The notes under the pieces: generated by a model | The model's input: the letters and a program-made list of their open reading frames with translations, nothing else | Databases searched by the model: none | Told to the model about the DNA's origin: nothing | Assembly (NCBI GenBank): GCA_010093815.1 | Contig: ML996580.1 | Length of the DNA: 64,000 nucleotides | Reading direction: 5' to 3' (one strand) | Source: Pseudovirgaria hyperparasitica | Taxonomy: Eukaryota | In this document: positions 11,746 through 24,600 of the stretch, in pieces | Position numbering within the stretch: position 1 is the first letter of the stretch | Layout: each line of letters begins with the position of its first letter | Program-made: the position numbers and the translations under genes

Positions 11746-13879
11746 CTAGCTCGTCTGCTTTCCCTTCTCCAGTTTCCGCTTCTTCGCTCTGATCTTCTCT
11801 GCTTCTTGACTCCGCTTCTCGTTGCCGTACTGCATCCTCTCGTATGTCTTGCGCTTCTTGCGGCTCATCATCATCTTGTTGCGCTGTTCCTCCTCCTGCT
11901 CTTCACGCTGTTTCTTTGCGTGCTTCTTTCTTGCAGCTTCCGCTTTTGAAAGTGGAGTGGGAGCCGCCGGAGCAGGAAGACCGGCAGCTTCGGCTTCAAG
12001 CTCGCGCTGATGCTGAATCTGGGCTTTGGTGGCTTCGTCTTCGGACTCTTCGTCCTCAAAGCCTTCGAAATCGGACTCTGCAGCAGCATCGGCTGCTGCT
12101 GCGAATGCATCCTCTGAGTCGGAGTCGGAGTTATCTGATGCGACATCCATGTCAACATCGTCTTCGTCGGACTCTCCTTCGATCACGTCCTCATCGCTCT
12201 CCTGAGACTGGTCGGCGGCCCCTTCTATGGGAGCTGGTACATCCGCGTCATCGTCATACTCATCTGCCTCGCCGACCCGCTCTTGCTCCTCAAGTGGAAC
12301 CGTTGGATCATAAGCGCCCTTCTTTGGCTTGACCCATGGACTCAGATGTGGCGGTAGCTGCGCGCCTGGGGAATAGATGTCGGGACGAAGGAGTTTTGCT
12401 TGATTGATACAATCCCATACCCATTGCGGCTGGACATATGTACGGCCAGGCACCATTGCACGGGGCCACAAAAGCTTCGTCACGGGTGCTTCAACCCCTT
12501 CGCCATTATTGCTCTGAGTAGCCTCTGATGCGATCTGGGGACGGTCAACTATTTGGTGGGTGATCAACGGGTCAGACTCGTCAGTGACATATGCGCCGTC
12601 GCCGAGAATGCTGTCCCAACCAACGCGCTTACAGCCAAATGCTTTCAAGATAAACTCCAATGGCTGGCGTGGAGTCTCGCGAGAGAGGTAAAATGTGTAG
12701 TCAGCAAAGAGTGAGGCAATTTCGGAGCTGCTAGCTTGCGGCTGGGGAAGGATGTCGGCATCTGCGCCAGTTGTCTCGAAAGTGTCAATGCCATCAGTGA
12801 CTTCCTCAACCATATCGGTTTGGGCCTCATCAGTCGGTAGTGCGATATCGGCGGATTGCTGGGCAGCGATCTTGTCGGCCTGGGCCTGAGCAGCGGCGGT
12901 AGCTTCCTCATTGACTGCGCCATTCTCAATACGACCCTGACCATTGAGCTCCTGGGTAACCACAGCTCTACCCTCAAGAGTGAAAGCACCAAGCTCTCCA
13001 CCTGCTTCATCACTCGCTGCATTGAACTTTGGAGGGTATACAAGCCCGATCGAGGTGTACAGCCGGTAGTTTACAAAACCGAGCAGCGTCGTGTAGAATT
13101 CGATGAAAGTCCCCATGATCCGGAAGTCAATGTCGCCGCTTACGTTCTGAACAAATTTATATGGAACAAGCCACATTATGTCTTGTCCTTGTATGGTAGC
13201 TTGGTAATAGATGCCTTTTATCGACAGAAAAGATTTTCGGAGCGAGTGGGACACAATGAGGTAGTGTTCAAACTCTAGACATAGTCTCTGGCAGAGCTCG
13301 ATAGTCTTCGAAGGAATGTGGGTATGTGAAGGGAGATTTGCAAAGAGAAACAGCATGGATAGAGCATCGTCAAGATCCCTCAGAGCGTCTACGAAGGTCG
13401 GGTATCGTTCTTTGATAATGTGATCTAAGGCGATCTTGGGTTTCAAGGTTTTCTCTAGACGCGCAGCATCTCCAGCTTCCCCTCTTCCCAGCGCGCGCGA
13501 GATCTTCTTCCCGAGAGCTTTATGTTCGCGGAATTTTGCAATCAAGGGTTCGTGAAGTAGATATTGTATGTCCTTGGTGTAGTAGAACGTTGTTGCCGGA
13601 GTTGCGCCTTTGGTAACTTTCTTCTTATTCCTTGGTTCACGCGGATATATACCTGTGAGCAGTCAGATATCAAACATCTAGTCCCTGATAGAGTGATATA
13701 CCTTTGAAGATACATAGTCGTCGGAAGTCAGGAAGCGAAATCTGAAGTTTGCGCACAGCTCTTGTTCTCGTAATGTAGTTGGTGGCAGCACCAGTGGTTC
13801 CTATGCTCACCAATTAGCCTAGGGAACAAGAACAATATGGCATGTGTGTTTTACCCTTTTTCTTAAGTCTGGCTCCCAT
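11746..13879 (-). CDS. NOP7: Pescadillo homolog Nop7 (60S biogenesis, BRCT domain), multi-exon
   Basis: Spliced N-terminus [79 protein letters not shown]. Confidence 0.96.
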
Positions 13880-14111
13880 CTTGATGGCGACGTCTCATTC
13901 ATATATCTCAATGCGACAACCCAAAGGTTTTGAACAACCAAAAAAAAGTTCGGCATCGGATATACTGCGGGCGGGGAAGGAACGACCTCCGCAAGGAGTC
14001 CGTGCGTCAGTCTGCTTCCTACTAAGTAAGGTTGGGGGTTGACGACGGCGCATGTAAAGCTCAATTGTTCAGCCCGCGATGCAGCGACAGTCAGGTTAGT
14101 GACAGGAAAAT

Positions 14112-15533
14112 ATGAGTGTCCAACGGCAAAAGCTGGTGCTATTTGGAGCTGCTGCAGCTGTTCGTTTGCTCCTCTTCACGGCTTTCCCAGCGCTACCCGA
14201 CATCTTGACTGGACGCGTCGAAGTTTCCACACCGGTGTCAAGTTTCAAGCGATGTATGCCATAATTGAGCATACTCATATATCTGCTAATAGTTCCACAG
14301 TACAGGAGGGCCTCTTCCTATACAATCACAATGTGTCTCCATACGACGGCGGCGTATACCACCAAGCGCCACTACTACTTCCAATTTTCAATCTGTTACC
14401 GAATGCAACCACGTATCCATTCTTTACAAACTTGATGTACATCATAGTGGACCTCATGGGTGGTCATATGATTATGAAGCTTGCTGAGACCGGCGAGTCT
14501 ACATCTTCCCGATTATACGTTTCCCCCAGAAGTGAACTTCGATGGAGCAGCATCTCGATCGGGGCTGGGTGAGTCGCACCCATGTGTAAAACACGCCTGC
14601 TACTGCTAACTCGTGTGTATAGTTACTTGTTTAGTCCATTCACGCTCATCTCATGCATAGCACGACCAACAACCGTTTTCGCTAACCTCTTCATGCTTAC
14701 AGCCATTGCTGAGGCCGCTAGGGGCGCAAGTGCCACCTTTATACTCGCCTTGTCCTTTGCTTCGTATATTTCGCTCCATCCAATATTACTCTTCCCACCA
14801 CTTGCGATGCTCGTATATGATGTCCATTCGAAGAGGACTAAGAGATCTATAAGCCCTATTGCTTTCAGTGTCCGCTACAGTCTAGCGGTCTGTGCTACGA
14901 TAGGGGGCTTATTACTCGTCTCGTATCTGCTTACAGGGTCCTGGGAATTCCTGGTAGCGACATATGGCGTTCGTCTCCTATTGCCGGACCTTACTCCGAA
15001 TGTCGGTCTTTGGTGGTACTTCTTCATAGAAATGTTCGATTCCTTCCGCGGATTCTTCCTCGGGGTTTTCTGGTTGCACATGGCATCCTATGTGGGCGGT
15101 CTAAGTATACGTATTCGCAGGCAGCCTCTCTTCGTTGCTGTGACGATGACTGGTATCTTTGCAGTCTTTCAACCGTATCCAAGTATTGCCGACAGTGCCC
15201 TATACCTTGCTCTGGTTCCTCTGTATCGTCACGTGTTTCCTCGTAGGTCCAATCTCCCCGAGTCCGAATCGTAGAAATGCTAAACTTCTCACAGTCATGC
15301 GGTACACATTCCTATCATCAGCTGCGATCATATATACTTCCTTCCTCGGGCCAGCTTTCTATCATCTATGGATCTATGCGGGCTCTGGAAACGCAAACTT
15401 TTTCTATGCAATCACTTTGGTATGGAGTCTTGGCTTGTCAGTCGTTGTCGTTGACTCCATCTATGCTGTATTGCGAGACGAGTGGGAGCTGGAGAGACCA
15501 GAGATGAAAGGTCAAGAAGTCCGTATGATATAA
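14112..15533 (+). CDS. GAB1: GPI transamidase subunit Gab1/PIG-U, 4 exons
   Basis: RVEVSTPVSSFKR|QEGLFLY, SPYDGGVYHQAPLLL, DLTPNVGLWWYFFIEMFDSFR, WIYAGSGNANFFYAITL. Confidence 0.95.
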
Positions 15534-15919
15534 AAGTGAATCAAAAAGAAGTAAACATCTGTCAAGTTCCACATCCTGTGGTAAGCAAAAGAAACATTTG
15601 TTTCATACTCGTTGTGGATCCATGCTCGCAGTTACACAGTGCTGTGTAGCACCCGGAGCATGTTCACTTGTGTGTGGATCCCTTCTGAATGGTTCCCAAT
15701 TCACTTGTGAGGCCTTATTTAGCTTACCCAACCAAACCTTAAAGCGCTTATACCCGACAATTTCGACCTGACTTCTTCCACATACATCTCGTATTGGAAA
15801 TTGCATAAGTCACAGAATCCACGGACTAGTAAGTCCAAATACTGATCCAATAATCATTTGGTCAAGAAGAAAGCAACACTAACAACCTACTACCAAAGTC
15901 TCACTTCGAAGACTTGATC

Positions 15920-16370
15920 ATGGCTCCAAAAGTCGTCGACACCACTACAAGTGATACTGCCGTTACCTTTACTGAGAAGGAAATGTTTATGCTGGCCTCC
16001 GCATGGCAGTGCATGTCGGAGCAGCCGAAGGTACGCGGAATTGTCCGAGGCGAGTTGATATCTTGAATACTTCTGACCCGTGTTCAAGATCGATATGGAC
16101 AAGCTCGCGAAGATTTGCGGATATACCGCCGGATCCTGTTCGGTCACCTTTGGCAAGCTTAAGCGTAAGATCAAAGCTTTAGGAGATTCAAACAGCGATA
16201 TCACCGCAGCTCCTCCATCTACACCAAAGTCAGGCGGTCGAAAGCGCAAGCCTAAGGAGAACGAGGGCGAGGAGTCGCCAACGAAGAAAGTTCGCAACGT
16301 GAAGGCTCCTGCAAAGGTTGACCCTGAGGAGGAGAGCCCGGAGCCCGAAGTCAAGGACGAAAGTCACTAG
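15920..16370 (+). CDS. Array paralog 1: small basic HTH/Myb-like protein, 130 aa; exons 15920-16030, 16089-16370
   Basis: MAPK..FTEKEMFMLASAWQCMSEQPK | IDMDKLAKICGYTAGSCSVTFGKLKRKIK, then GGRKRK tail; phase-0 GTACGC..CTGAC..AAG intron. Confidence 0.85.
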
Positions 16371-16896
16371 ATCAGCATGTTCGCATGATCACACCACGCT
16401 CCGAAGGTCTTGAGAATGAAGTGGGATATGGATTACTTTGCGGCTTATATGTGGCATGAATCGTGACTCGCATTGCGAGCTCGCTCATGTCAATCCGAAG
16501 AAGTATTGGTGTTATTCAAATGTGGACTTAAATAGAATGATAGGTGTTATTGAGGCGATGACCCCGCAAGCTCACTTCTTAGTCATGAACTGCCTTTTTG
16601 AACCATTGTCTTTTATTGCCTTGAGCCATTCCGTGGGAAACGGTGAACTTTGCCTGTATTAGGGACAATTCGCGGCATAATCACCTTGCCGGCTGAGGTC
16701 ATGTCACTGAGAGCTGTAATCACTTTTCCGGCAGAATGGTCTGATATCTCTGCCCTCGGCTCGGCTTTCTTATAAATTTGACGAACTCTCGCATTCCCCT
16801 TACATTCCACAATCCTTACAACAGCTCGCCCTTCCCTTCGTCTACCAACATCTCCCACTTCAAATTTCTCCGTAAGGTTAGAAGCAATCACTCAAC

Positions 16897-17435
16897 ATGC
16901 CGCCAAAGGCCTCCAAACCTGAAGCTACCAAATCATCCACCTTTTCGGAGAAGGAAATGACTATGCTGGCATTCTCGTGGCAATGCTTTGACGAGAAGCC
17001 TAAGGTATGCTGTCGCTGAGAATTCGTCCAATGACTATGGCTGATCATGGCTAGGTCAACAATGTGAAGCTCGCAAAACTCATGGGTTACACAGAGGGCA
17101 CTGCGAAGACAACATGGAATGCTCTGCAGCGTAAGCTAAAGGCTTTGGCTGAGACTGACGAAACTGAGGGCAATGATGAGGGCAATATGGGCATCACTAA
17201 TAACGACAACGATGGTGATGATGATGGTGCCCCAGTCCCTGTGACCCCAAAGACAACACCTCGCAAGCGTAAGACCAAAGGTGAGGACGTCAAGGCGAGC
17301 CCAACCAAAAAGTCTCGTGCGAAGCCGAAGACCCCAGTCAAAGCCCAAAGCTCGGATGACGACAAAGACGCAGAGGCTGTGGAGGCTGTGGAGGCTGTGG
17401 AGGCTGATGGCGAGGAGAACAATATCAATGACTGA
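16897..17435 (+). CDS. Array paralog 2, 162 aa; exons 16897-17004, 17055-17435
   Basis: MPPK..FSEKEMTMLAFSWQCFDEKPK | VNNVKLAKLMGYTEGTAKTTWNALQRKLK; GTATGC..CTGAT..TAG intron. Confidence 0.85.
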
Positions 17436-17960
17436 TTCTGACACGCACATGCTTTCTTTGGGCTAGTCGATACTGTTTTTGGTGTACATGGTGGTCTGAA
17501 AAGTTACGGTGTTCCACGAAAGCTTCACTCTTATCCAGTTCGTTAGAGGTCAGAGGGATCGGTGAATTGTTTTAGATTCTAGGACTTCACCTACATACAG
17601 TTTCTAAACGCAGATATGCCGTCAAGGAATTCGATTGTGTCAATGTGTCAAATGAAGTAGCACAAATAACATATTTACGTCTTTACGACACTATGTATCA
17701 AGGATCCATGTATGCTCGTTCACTGGTGTGATAAACTCACTAGCTCATTTGAATGCACTACTTACACGAGTAAACCATAGATTAGCGCTGCCTCCACACT
17801 TCGCACTTTACGTGTCAACTAAAATTTCCCTGCTTACCTCTCACACAGCAAATATATCACCCTTTTCAACTCTTCCTAAGGTAGCGCTTGTCTCCTTACT
17901 TTCTTACCAATTGTACTAATTAGGCCTGTAATCTAGTCATATCTGATCATACATTAAGAC

Positions 17961-18454
17961 ATGGCTCCAAAGGTTGATCCTGAAGCTATTCCCACGGTGC
18001 TTACTGAGAATCAGATGAAGATCCTTGTCTTCATGTGGGCTCAAGTTGACCCTGACCCCAACGCTTCTATCGTGAGTCTCAAGTCATATTCATTGACTTC
18101 TATTATGGAAAGCTAAGATTAGGATAGGTGGATAGTCATAAGATTGCAAATGACCATGGACTCGCTTATAACTCAGTTCGCAAGTGGGTAGCAACCATTC
18201 GCAAGACGATTCGTGCCAGCGTCGAAGGTGGCGCCGGTGACGATGCCTCTCGCAAGGCTAAAAGTGATCCTAAAGCCAAGGTCATAGGAGGTAGCAAGAA
18301 GCGCAAAGATGCTGAAATCAAACATGACGAAGCATCGGAGGAAGACAAAGAGGGTCCGCCTACCAAGAAAGCAAAGAGCAAAGTTCGCGGAAGGAAGAAA
18401 ACCCCTGCTACTGACTCGCCGGAACTTGGTGGAGAAGCAAGTGGAGAAGCTTAG
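17961..18454 (+). CDS. Array paralog 3 (most diverged), 145 aa; exons 17961-18071, 18128-18454
   Basis: MAPK..LTENQMKILVFMWAQVDPDPNASI | VDSHKIANDHGLAYNSVRKWVATIRKTIR; GTGAGT..GCTAA..TAG intron. Confidence 0.8.
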
Positions 18455-18949
18455 ATGGACTGAACATTGCCCAAGCTCTGATACGTATTGACCTTCTCAT
18501 AGCGGCGCTATTGAGTTCAAGTGTCTCCTAGGCGGAGCTTTTCGTGATCGACACGCACCGCTTCACATAAACAAGAAGACCCGTGGCATCAATACCTTGG
18601 ATACAAGCCTAGATCTGGTACTGACAGTCAAAATACAATCAATGGTCTTTTATAAGCTTCTTTATCGTAGTCTGTGCACGAATTTTTGTTGACTGCCGTT
18701 CACGCAACTGTTTCCATGGTGACACAGTTTCACTGTTGAGACAAACCCTGACCCGGTTTCCGGCAACAACAACAACGACAATTGATCGTTGCCCACACCT
18801 GTTTCGATCTTTCTTTCTTCCCTGCGCCTAAATATATCTAGGATTCCAAATCAGTTCCTGGTCCGTACATCACTGTCAAGTCTTTCATTCACTGAACTAT
18901 ACAGACCCGAGGCAAAACACGAACTTCAACCGTCAAGAAGGACAGCAAT

Positions 18950-19473
18950 ATGGCACCCAAGTCTGATTCGAAGACCGGCTCCGCTACGAGCTTGACTGAG
19001 AAGGAGATGAAGCTACTGGCCCTGATGTGGCTCTGTACTGATGTCCCAGATCCAAAAGTACGTATCAAAACCTCACCTTCTCCAAAGATCACAAGCAATT
19101 ACCTTTCACAATCCCTCTGAAGCACTTGTCTAACATATCACAGATCGATTACGACAAACTTGCTGACCTGAGCGGCTACACCAGATCTTCAGTGATGACC
19201 TACGTCCCAGTCATCAAGAAAAAGATCAAGAAACTTCAAGGCCCAGATGCAAGTACAGCTACTGCCCCTGACTCCAAGAAGGCCTCAGCAAGCGGCCGAA
19301 AGCGTAAGGCAGCTGATGTGGAGGACGAGGATGTCGACAATGACACACCCGCTCCCCCGAAAAAGACAAGGGTCATCAAAAGCGCCAAAAAAACTGCGCC
19401 AGTGGTCAGAGCCGAGCACAGTGAAGAGGAGGAAGCTATTGAGACGCATACAGAAGGAGAGATCGAAGCTTAA
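18950..19473 (+). CDS. Array paralog 4, 145 aa; exons 18950-19057, 19144-19473
   Basis: MAPK..LTEKEMKLLALMWLCTDVPDPK | IDYDKLADLSGYTRSSVMTYVPVIKKKIK; GTACGT..CTAAC..CAG intron. Confidence 0.85.
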
Positions 19474-20075
19474 ACTCATTGTGTGCAGGTATGCGTGGAG
19501 GCAGCACTATTCATGATTAGGTTCAGGGGTGAATGGAAATCTCTTTGCCTCCTTTCTGGCAAGCATACATCCATTTCATCGTATCTTCATAGTAGATGTT
19601 GTGAACATCTGGGGGCTGGAGATGATCAACGCATTGGGTTTGGGGACTCTACGGGGCAGTCATGGTATCTAGCTGCTCTAAGTATCGATGCATTCGCATA
19701 GTAGTAGATGAATGCAACACTGCCGGAACTGGCACAAAATCCTGCTACTGCTCGCCTTGAGTCACTTATGGCTGACAGCCTGCGAGTTCACCTGTTGTGA
19801 TTGGTGCGCCCTTTTCTCAAATAAATATTTAAGCCGCCTCTTTCTCCACATTTTTTTCTGATTGCAACAACATTGTGAAAGCTGCCTCACCTCACCCACA
19901 ACAACCTTTCAACTCTGATAACGTGAGTACATTATTCTAAACCTAACCTATTTCTGACTTTCTGTTTTTGATCGAAAGATCTTGTGTTCATCGCTCACAT
20001 TTCATGTCAATAGTTCACATCCCTGGTCCACCCAGCAAAAGAACCAAATCCTCCAAACACTCAAACCACGTCAAT

Positions 20076-20638
20076 ATGCCTCCAAAGGTCGACCTCTCTG
20101 GTATGCCCGAGCACTCTGCTCGCATGCTCGCCCTCGCTTGGCTTTGCATGGATACTGAACCCAAGGTGAATCTTCTCCCACTGATCTCCCGTAAGCACGC
20201 GCTTACAGAAATATACTGATACTTTCTTTACTACATCATTGCGCAGACCTAGAGCTAACTCTCCAACTCTAGATCGATACTGCTAAGCTCTCTCAGCTTT
20301 CCGGTTATACCCTCAAGTCTACCGCTGAGATGTTGCGTGTCGCAAAGAAAAACATCCGCGCTATGGATACCGCAGATGGCAAACCCGTGACCGAGCCCAC
20401 CAGCAAGGCTGCCAAGCCTGTAAATAAGGTGAAGGCGACTGCTGGTAATCACGATAAAGATGAAGACAACGATCTGAATGAGTCTGTACCCACTGTCAAG
20501 GCTATTAAGGGTAGGAAGCGCAAGGCTTATGTCGACGAAGACGAGGATGTTCCAGCCAAGAGAACCAGAGGTAAGGGAAAGAGGATTCCCATGAACGAGG
20601 AGAGTGCTGATAATGGAGATGATGAGGATGAAGTTTGA
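20076..20638 (+). CDS. Array paralog 5, 151 aa; exons 20076-20165, 20273-20638
   Basis: MPPK..MPEHSARMLALAWLCMDTEPK | IDTAKLSQLSGYTLKSTAEMLRVAKKNIR; GTGAAT..GCTAAC..TAG intron. Confidence 0.85.
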
Positions 20639-21174
20639 GATGGATTGGGATGGAACGAGATGGAATGTAAAGCACTAGAGGCTATGGTGAGATTTCGTTG
20701 CACTGATGGCTAGCACCAACCGGGCGAATGGACCCGATTTGACTGCGCTGCCAGATATCTTGTGCATGTAGCATGCGTTACCCACATTAGGAATAGAAAA
20801 GACGTTCCTATACTATCTACTATGGAGCCAAGTGTTTTACTGTCATTGGGAGTCACTTTATAACTATCCGACCTATGAAGTGACTCAGTTCACACGCCGG
20901 AGTAGATGCAACATCCATGGTTTTCATGATTCTACACAGCTTAGGCAGGAATCTTTCTCAATGAAAATGTATCGTAGAGCTCTAAATATCTCTCAAACAA
21001 TTCCACCAAGAGCACACCGTTCGGTGCTCCCCCTCTCAGTAGCACATGAATCATGAAATACATGCACCGATCCCCTCGATACCACACAACGAACACATCC
21101 ATACCCCTTCACCAATCCCCAGAGCCCACGTCGAAGGTAAACCAGCTTGTACCCTTTCAAAACCTCTAATACAG

Positions 21175-21666
21175 TTACCCAATCACGCCTGGCCTGAATC
21201 CAGCCATCCTGTATCTATCATTCAACTTCTGTGCATCGACCAGCATCTGACGACACCTCTCATATCTTGCCTCAAGCGCATCATATCTCTCCTGCATCTC
21301 GTCCATTGAATCGCTACAACCAACAAAGTCCCCGTCATCATCATCCTTACGATCCTCATCTTCTTCTTTCAGGTCGTGGATCGTCCACCTTTTCTGTTTC
21401 TGGCACCACGGACAGATCTCCTTGGTACCGGCACCACTTCCGTGTTCGGATTTGTACGCATATAGGACCAAGGTAATGGAGTACACATGGGTAGCGATTG
21501 TGTATATACCGCGGAATATAAGCACGTGTGACGCACCGGGGGATGATAGAGGGCCCCAGACAAGGAGCGCTGTTGATATGAAGGAGAGTATGTGCGGAAG
21601 GATCAGGCCATAAAGTAGATATTTGTATACACAAGATCGTGCAGTTTTGGGTCGAGGAGGCGGCAT
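21175..21666 (-). CDS. Hypothetical small membrane protein (~163 aa): two hydrophobic segments, CPWC, acidic patch, C-terminal coiled-coil
   Basis: First ATG of the 21175-21711 ORF is at 21666 (MPPPRPK); coherent TM-TM-coiled-coil layout (MDEMQERYDALEARYERCRQML); no family recognised. Confidence 0.55.
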   Translation of the reverse strand: MPPPRPKTARSCVYKYLLYGLILPHILSFISTALLVWGPLSSPGASHVLIFRGIYTIATHVYSITLVLYAYKSEHGSGAGTKEICPWCQKQKRWTIHDLKEEDEDRKDDDDGDFVGCSDSMDEMQERYDALEARYERCRQMLVDAQKLNDRYRMAGFRPGVIG

Positions 21667-24600
21667 TGAGGAGTGGGTTTCAAGATTGAATGCTTGGGTG
21701 TGAGGATACACACAATTTAGAGTACGTTCAGGTGTGAGGGCAAAAGAATGGAAAATCTCGGAAGATGGTGGCGAAGGAGATGACTAGAGGACGTGTATAT
21801 GGACGCGTAGAGAGATAGCATGAAGAGAGAAGTCAATTACGGAACTGTGGGTGTTCTAATTTGTTTACAATGCCAAATCACAACACTCTGCTGTAACGAT
21901 GCATACACCCAGAATAATGACCATAAATGTTGCATTTTGAAGATCCCCAAACTTCTACATACATTCAAATCGAATTCAAGCACTGCATCAAGTTCAGCAA
22001 TGCTGGACTCTCTGACTAAAAAGAGACATACCCAAGTACTGTCTCATGCTGCGTAGACTGTGATGCATTATGGAAGGAATTGTCAAGATCGAAGCCTATG
22101 TAAGCAAAATTTCTCACAGCGCAGATTGTGATTTCGTGACAAAGACTCACGAGTTAGATTAGTGCTAAAGGGGCATTGAGGCCTGGAATTTGGCAACATA
22201 TGGCGGCCTCAAATCGAACCAACAATCGCTCACGTTGGGGCACCTCCTTCTCATATGTAGACTGCGACCCCATCAAACTGCACTAAGATACCGGGTTCTC
22301 TAGAGCCATGATCTTTGGTGGTATGGTCTCCTTTATAACTGGCAGTTCCTTTCAGCTTTTCGATTATGATTTACCTTACGACAGTTTTCACAGGGGTGAT
22401 CTGGTGGTTCTGTGGTATAGTTCACCAGGAGCCCATATGTTATGGCACTAAGACGCAGTGATATTATCTGGAGGGTTCAAGCCGTATCTACAAATTTCGT
22501 TCTCTGACTTGGTCCCGCGCTTCGTCCTTAGAGCGATGTCTTATGGCTTTGGTTTTCAAAGTATGTTCATATGTATGGCTGGGTACCTTAATAGTGTACT
22601 ACAATAATGTTTCTTCATTTCAGATTCGGTTGATGTTCTCGAAAATGCGTGGAACAGAGAGCGACGAAGATATGGTGTGAAAATACGTGTCTCCACCCTG
22701 AAATTGACGGAAATTTGTACTTGAGACTTACAAGTTGCTTCGTCGACCGCCACTCCGTCCCTACGTTGTACCGGAAAAGCCAATGATTCTTCACCTCCCA
22801 CCTGCAGATTGACGTTTACCTACTGACTGCACAAAGTTGGATGTGACAAATCCTGCTATGGTTGCAGCATTGCTCACTATCCAGGCAAGAGACAGAATCG
22901 TCAGCGCTCCTCTTGACTCATATCAATATACGACTTTGTAGAGCCTTCTCATAGTATTTGATGAGTAATAATGTCGTATCTAACCTGATGAGATGGAGGC
23001 ACCTTCAAACATAGTATTGACGTTATGTCCTTCAGTACCCCTCTCAGATCTTGTCAGTCGCTACGCATCAGATAGGTAGCATATATGTGGAAAGTTGAGT
23101 AAACTTGAGTCTGAGATCATCCAAATAGAGCATGGACCAAGAAGATTCGATATATGATGACGATTCCTGAAGCGTACGTTAGAGCTAACGACTTAGTGTT
23201 CTTAGCCACCATATTCATATGGTGCACTTCGGTATGTCATGTCTAGCGCAACCAGGACCAACAGGTCTAGGAAGAGATAGATTCGAATGTGGGTCTGCGC
23301 AACACAGGCCACTCCGATTCCTGTCAGACCCATCAGTGTTTCCCGTCCTAGACGTTCCCAACAGCATGAGGCATATCGGACTTTTCAGGCAGGCGTACGT
23401 CCCGGACGGCAATTTTTTTCGTGGCTATGCATCGGACTACACCAAAAAAACTAGAAGTCGGTGTTCAGTCGAACATGAATTTGATTAACTCGGCATTCTG
23501 AGTGGATAGAGTGTTTTTGATAGATATCCATACTCCATGCCTAGTAGATATAAGCATATTTCAGAGTACTTACAGGCCTTTTCCAGGTTGCCAACCACCA
23601 TATCGCTGTTTGTTGCGGAACATGCCGTACGAGAGATGCACAATGTACAAACACATCCGTCTAACTCCATGGTGATCGCGAGAATTGAGAAACTTATCTT
23701 GAGGCGTTCCAGCACTCCAGGAGACTGTGGCGTCGTGTTAAGAGATCGGAAGAAACCTTTCCGAACAGCTTCGAAGGATCCACATCGGATACGAATAACA
23801 CGAAGGGGCGTCCTGCTTTTGCGATTTGGAACAATGCCAGAAGATAACAGTAGTAACAGCAATAAAGAGGAGTTACGTGAGAGTAATGGAAAGAAACATA
23901 TGAGATCGCTATTCATGCACGCTATGCTACAGCAAACAAAAGCTTGGATATATTCTAACAAAAGAACATGTATGAACAATACTTACTTACTCCTTGCCGC
24001 TCACTTCTCCTGATATAATGTATGGACGTGGCGAACCATGATCGGCGAAGCTTTTAACAGACCCTGCCTGTAAGTAACAAGTATTCCAGGTCATCAATAT
24101 CGTTATCGTTTCCAGCTGTGGCGTGAGTATAGATCCGGATGGTGCTCCACATGCTCTCAGGATCGGGAAGACATTATGAGCACAAGTTCGCGGCTATGTA
24201 CGCATTTGGTTCGGATCTGACGGACGAAAACTTCTTGATCTTCAACATGCAAACGCCACCCCTGCTGCACGTTCTAAATGGTCTTTTGTGTTTTGTCTAT
24301 CGTCAAGTAGTTGAAGTGGGTGGGAAAGGTTCGAACGGCCGCGGCCCGCGACGGCTTGGAAGCCAGATCATAGGAAATTATTTGGGCAGAATCCGAATCG
24401 TGACAGAGTTCTGAACGGGTGTCAGCAGTTCCGACGAATGAGAAGAGTTCCTGCGCGTCCAAGTACGGAAATTTTCCTGCCCGATCTAGAGCGTTGAATC
24501 CCTTTGAGCGAGCTTTTTCGGCTTCGCGTAGATGTGGTGCAAGGTACAGGCGCGGAGAGACGCTACTGCAGCTTGGCCAGCACTCTGAGAGTCGTCGATG

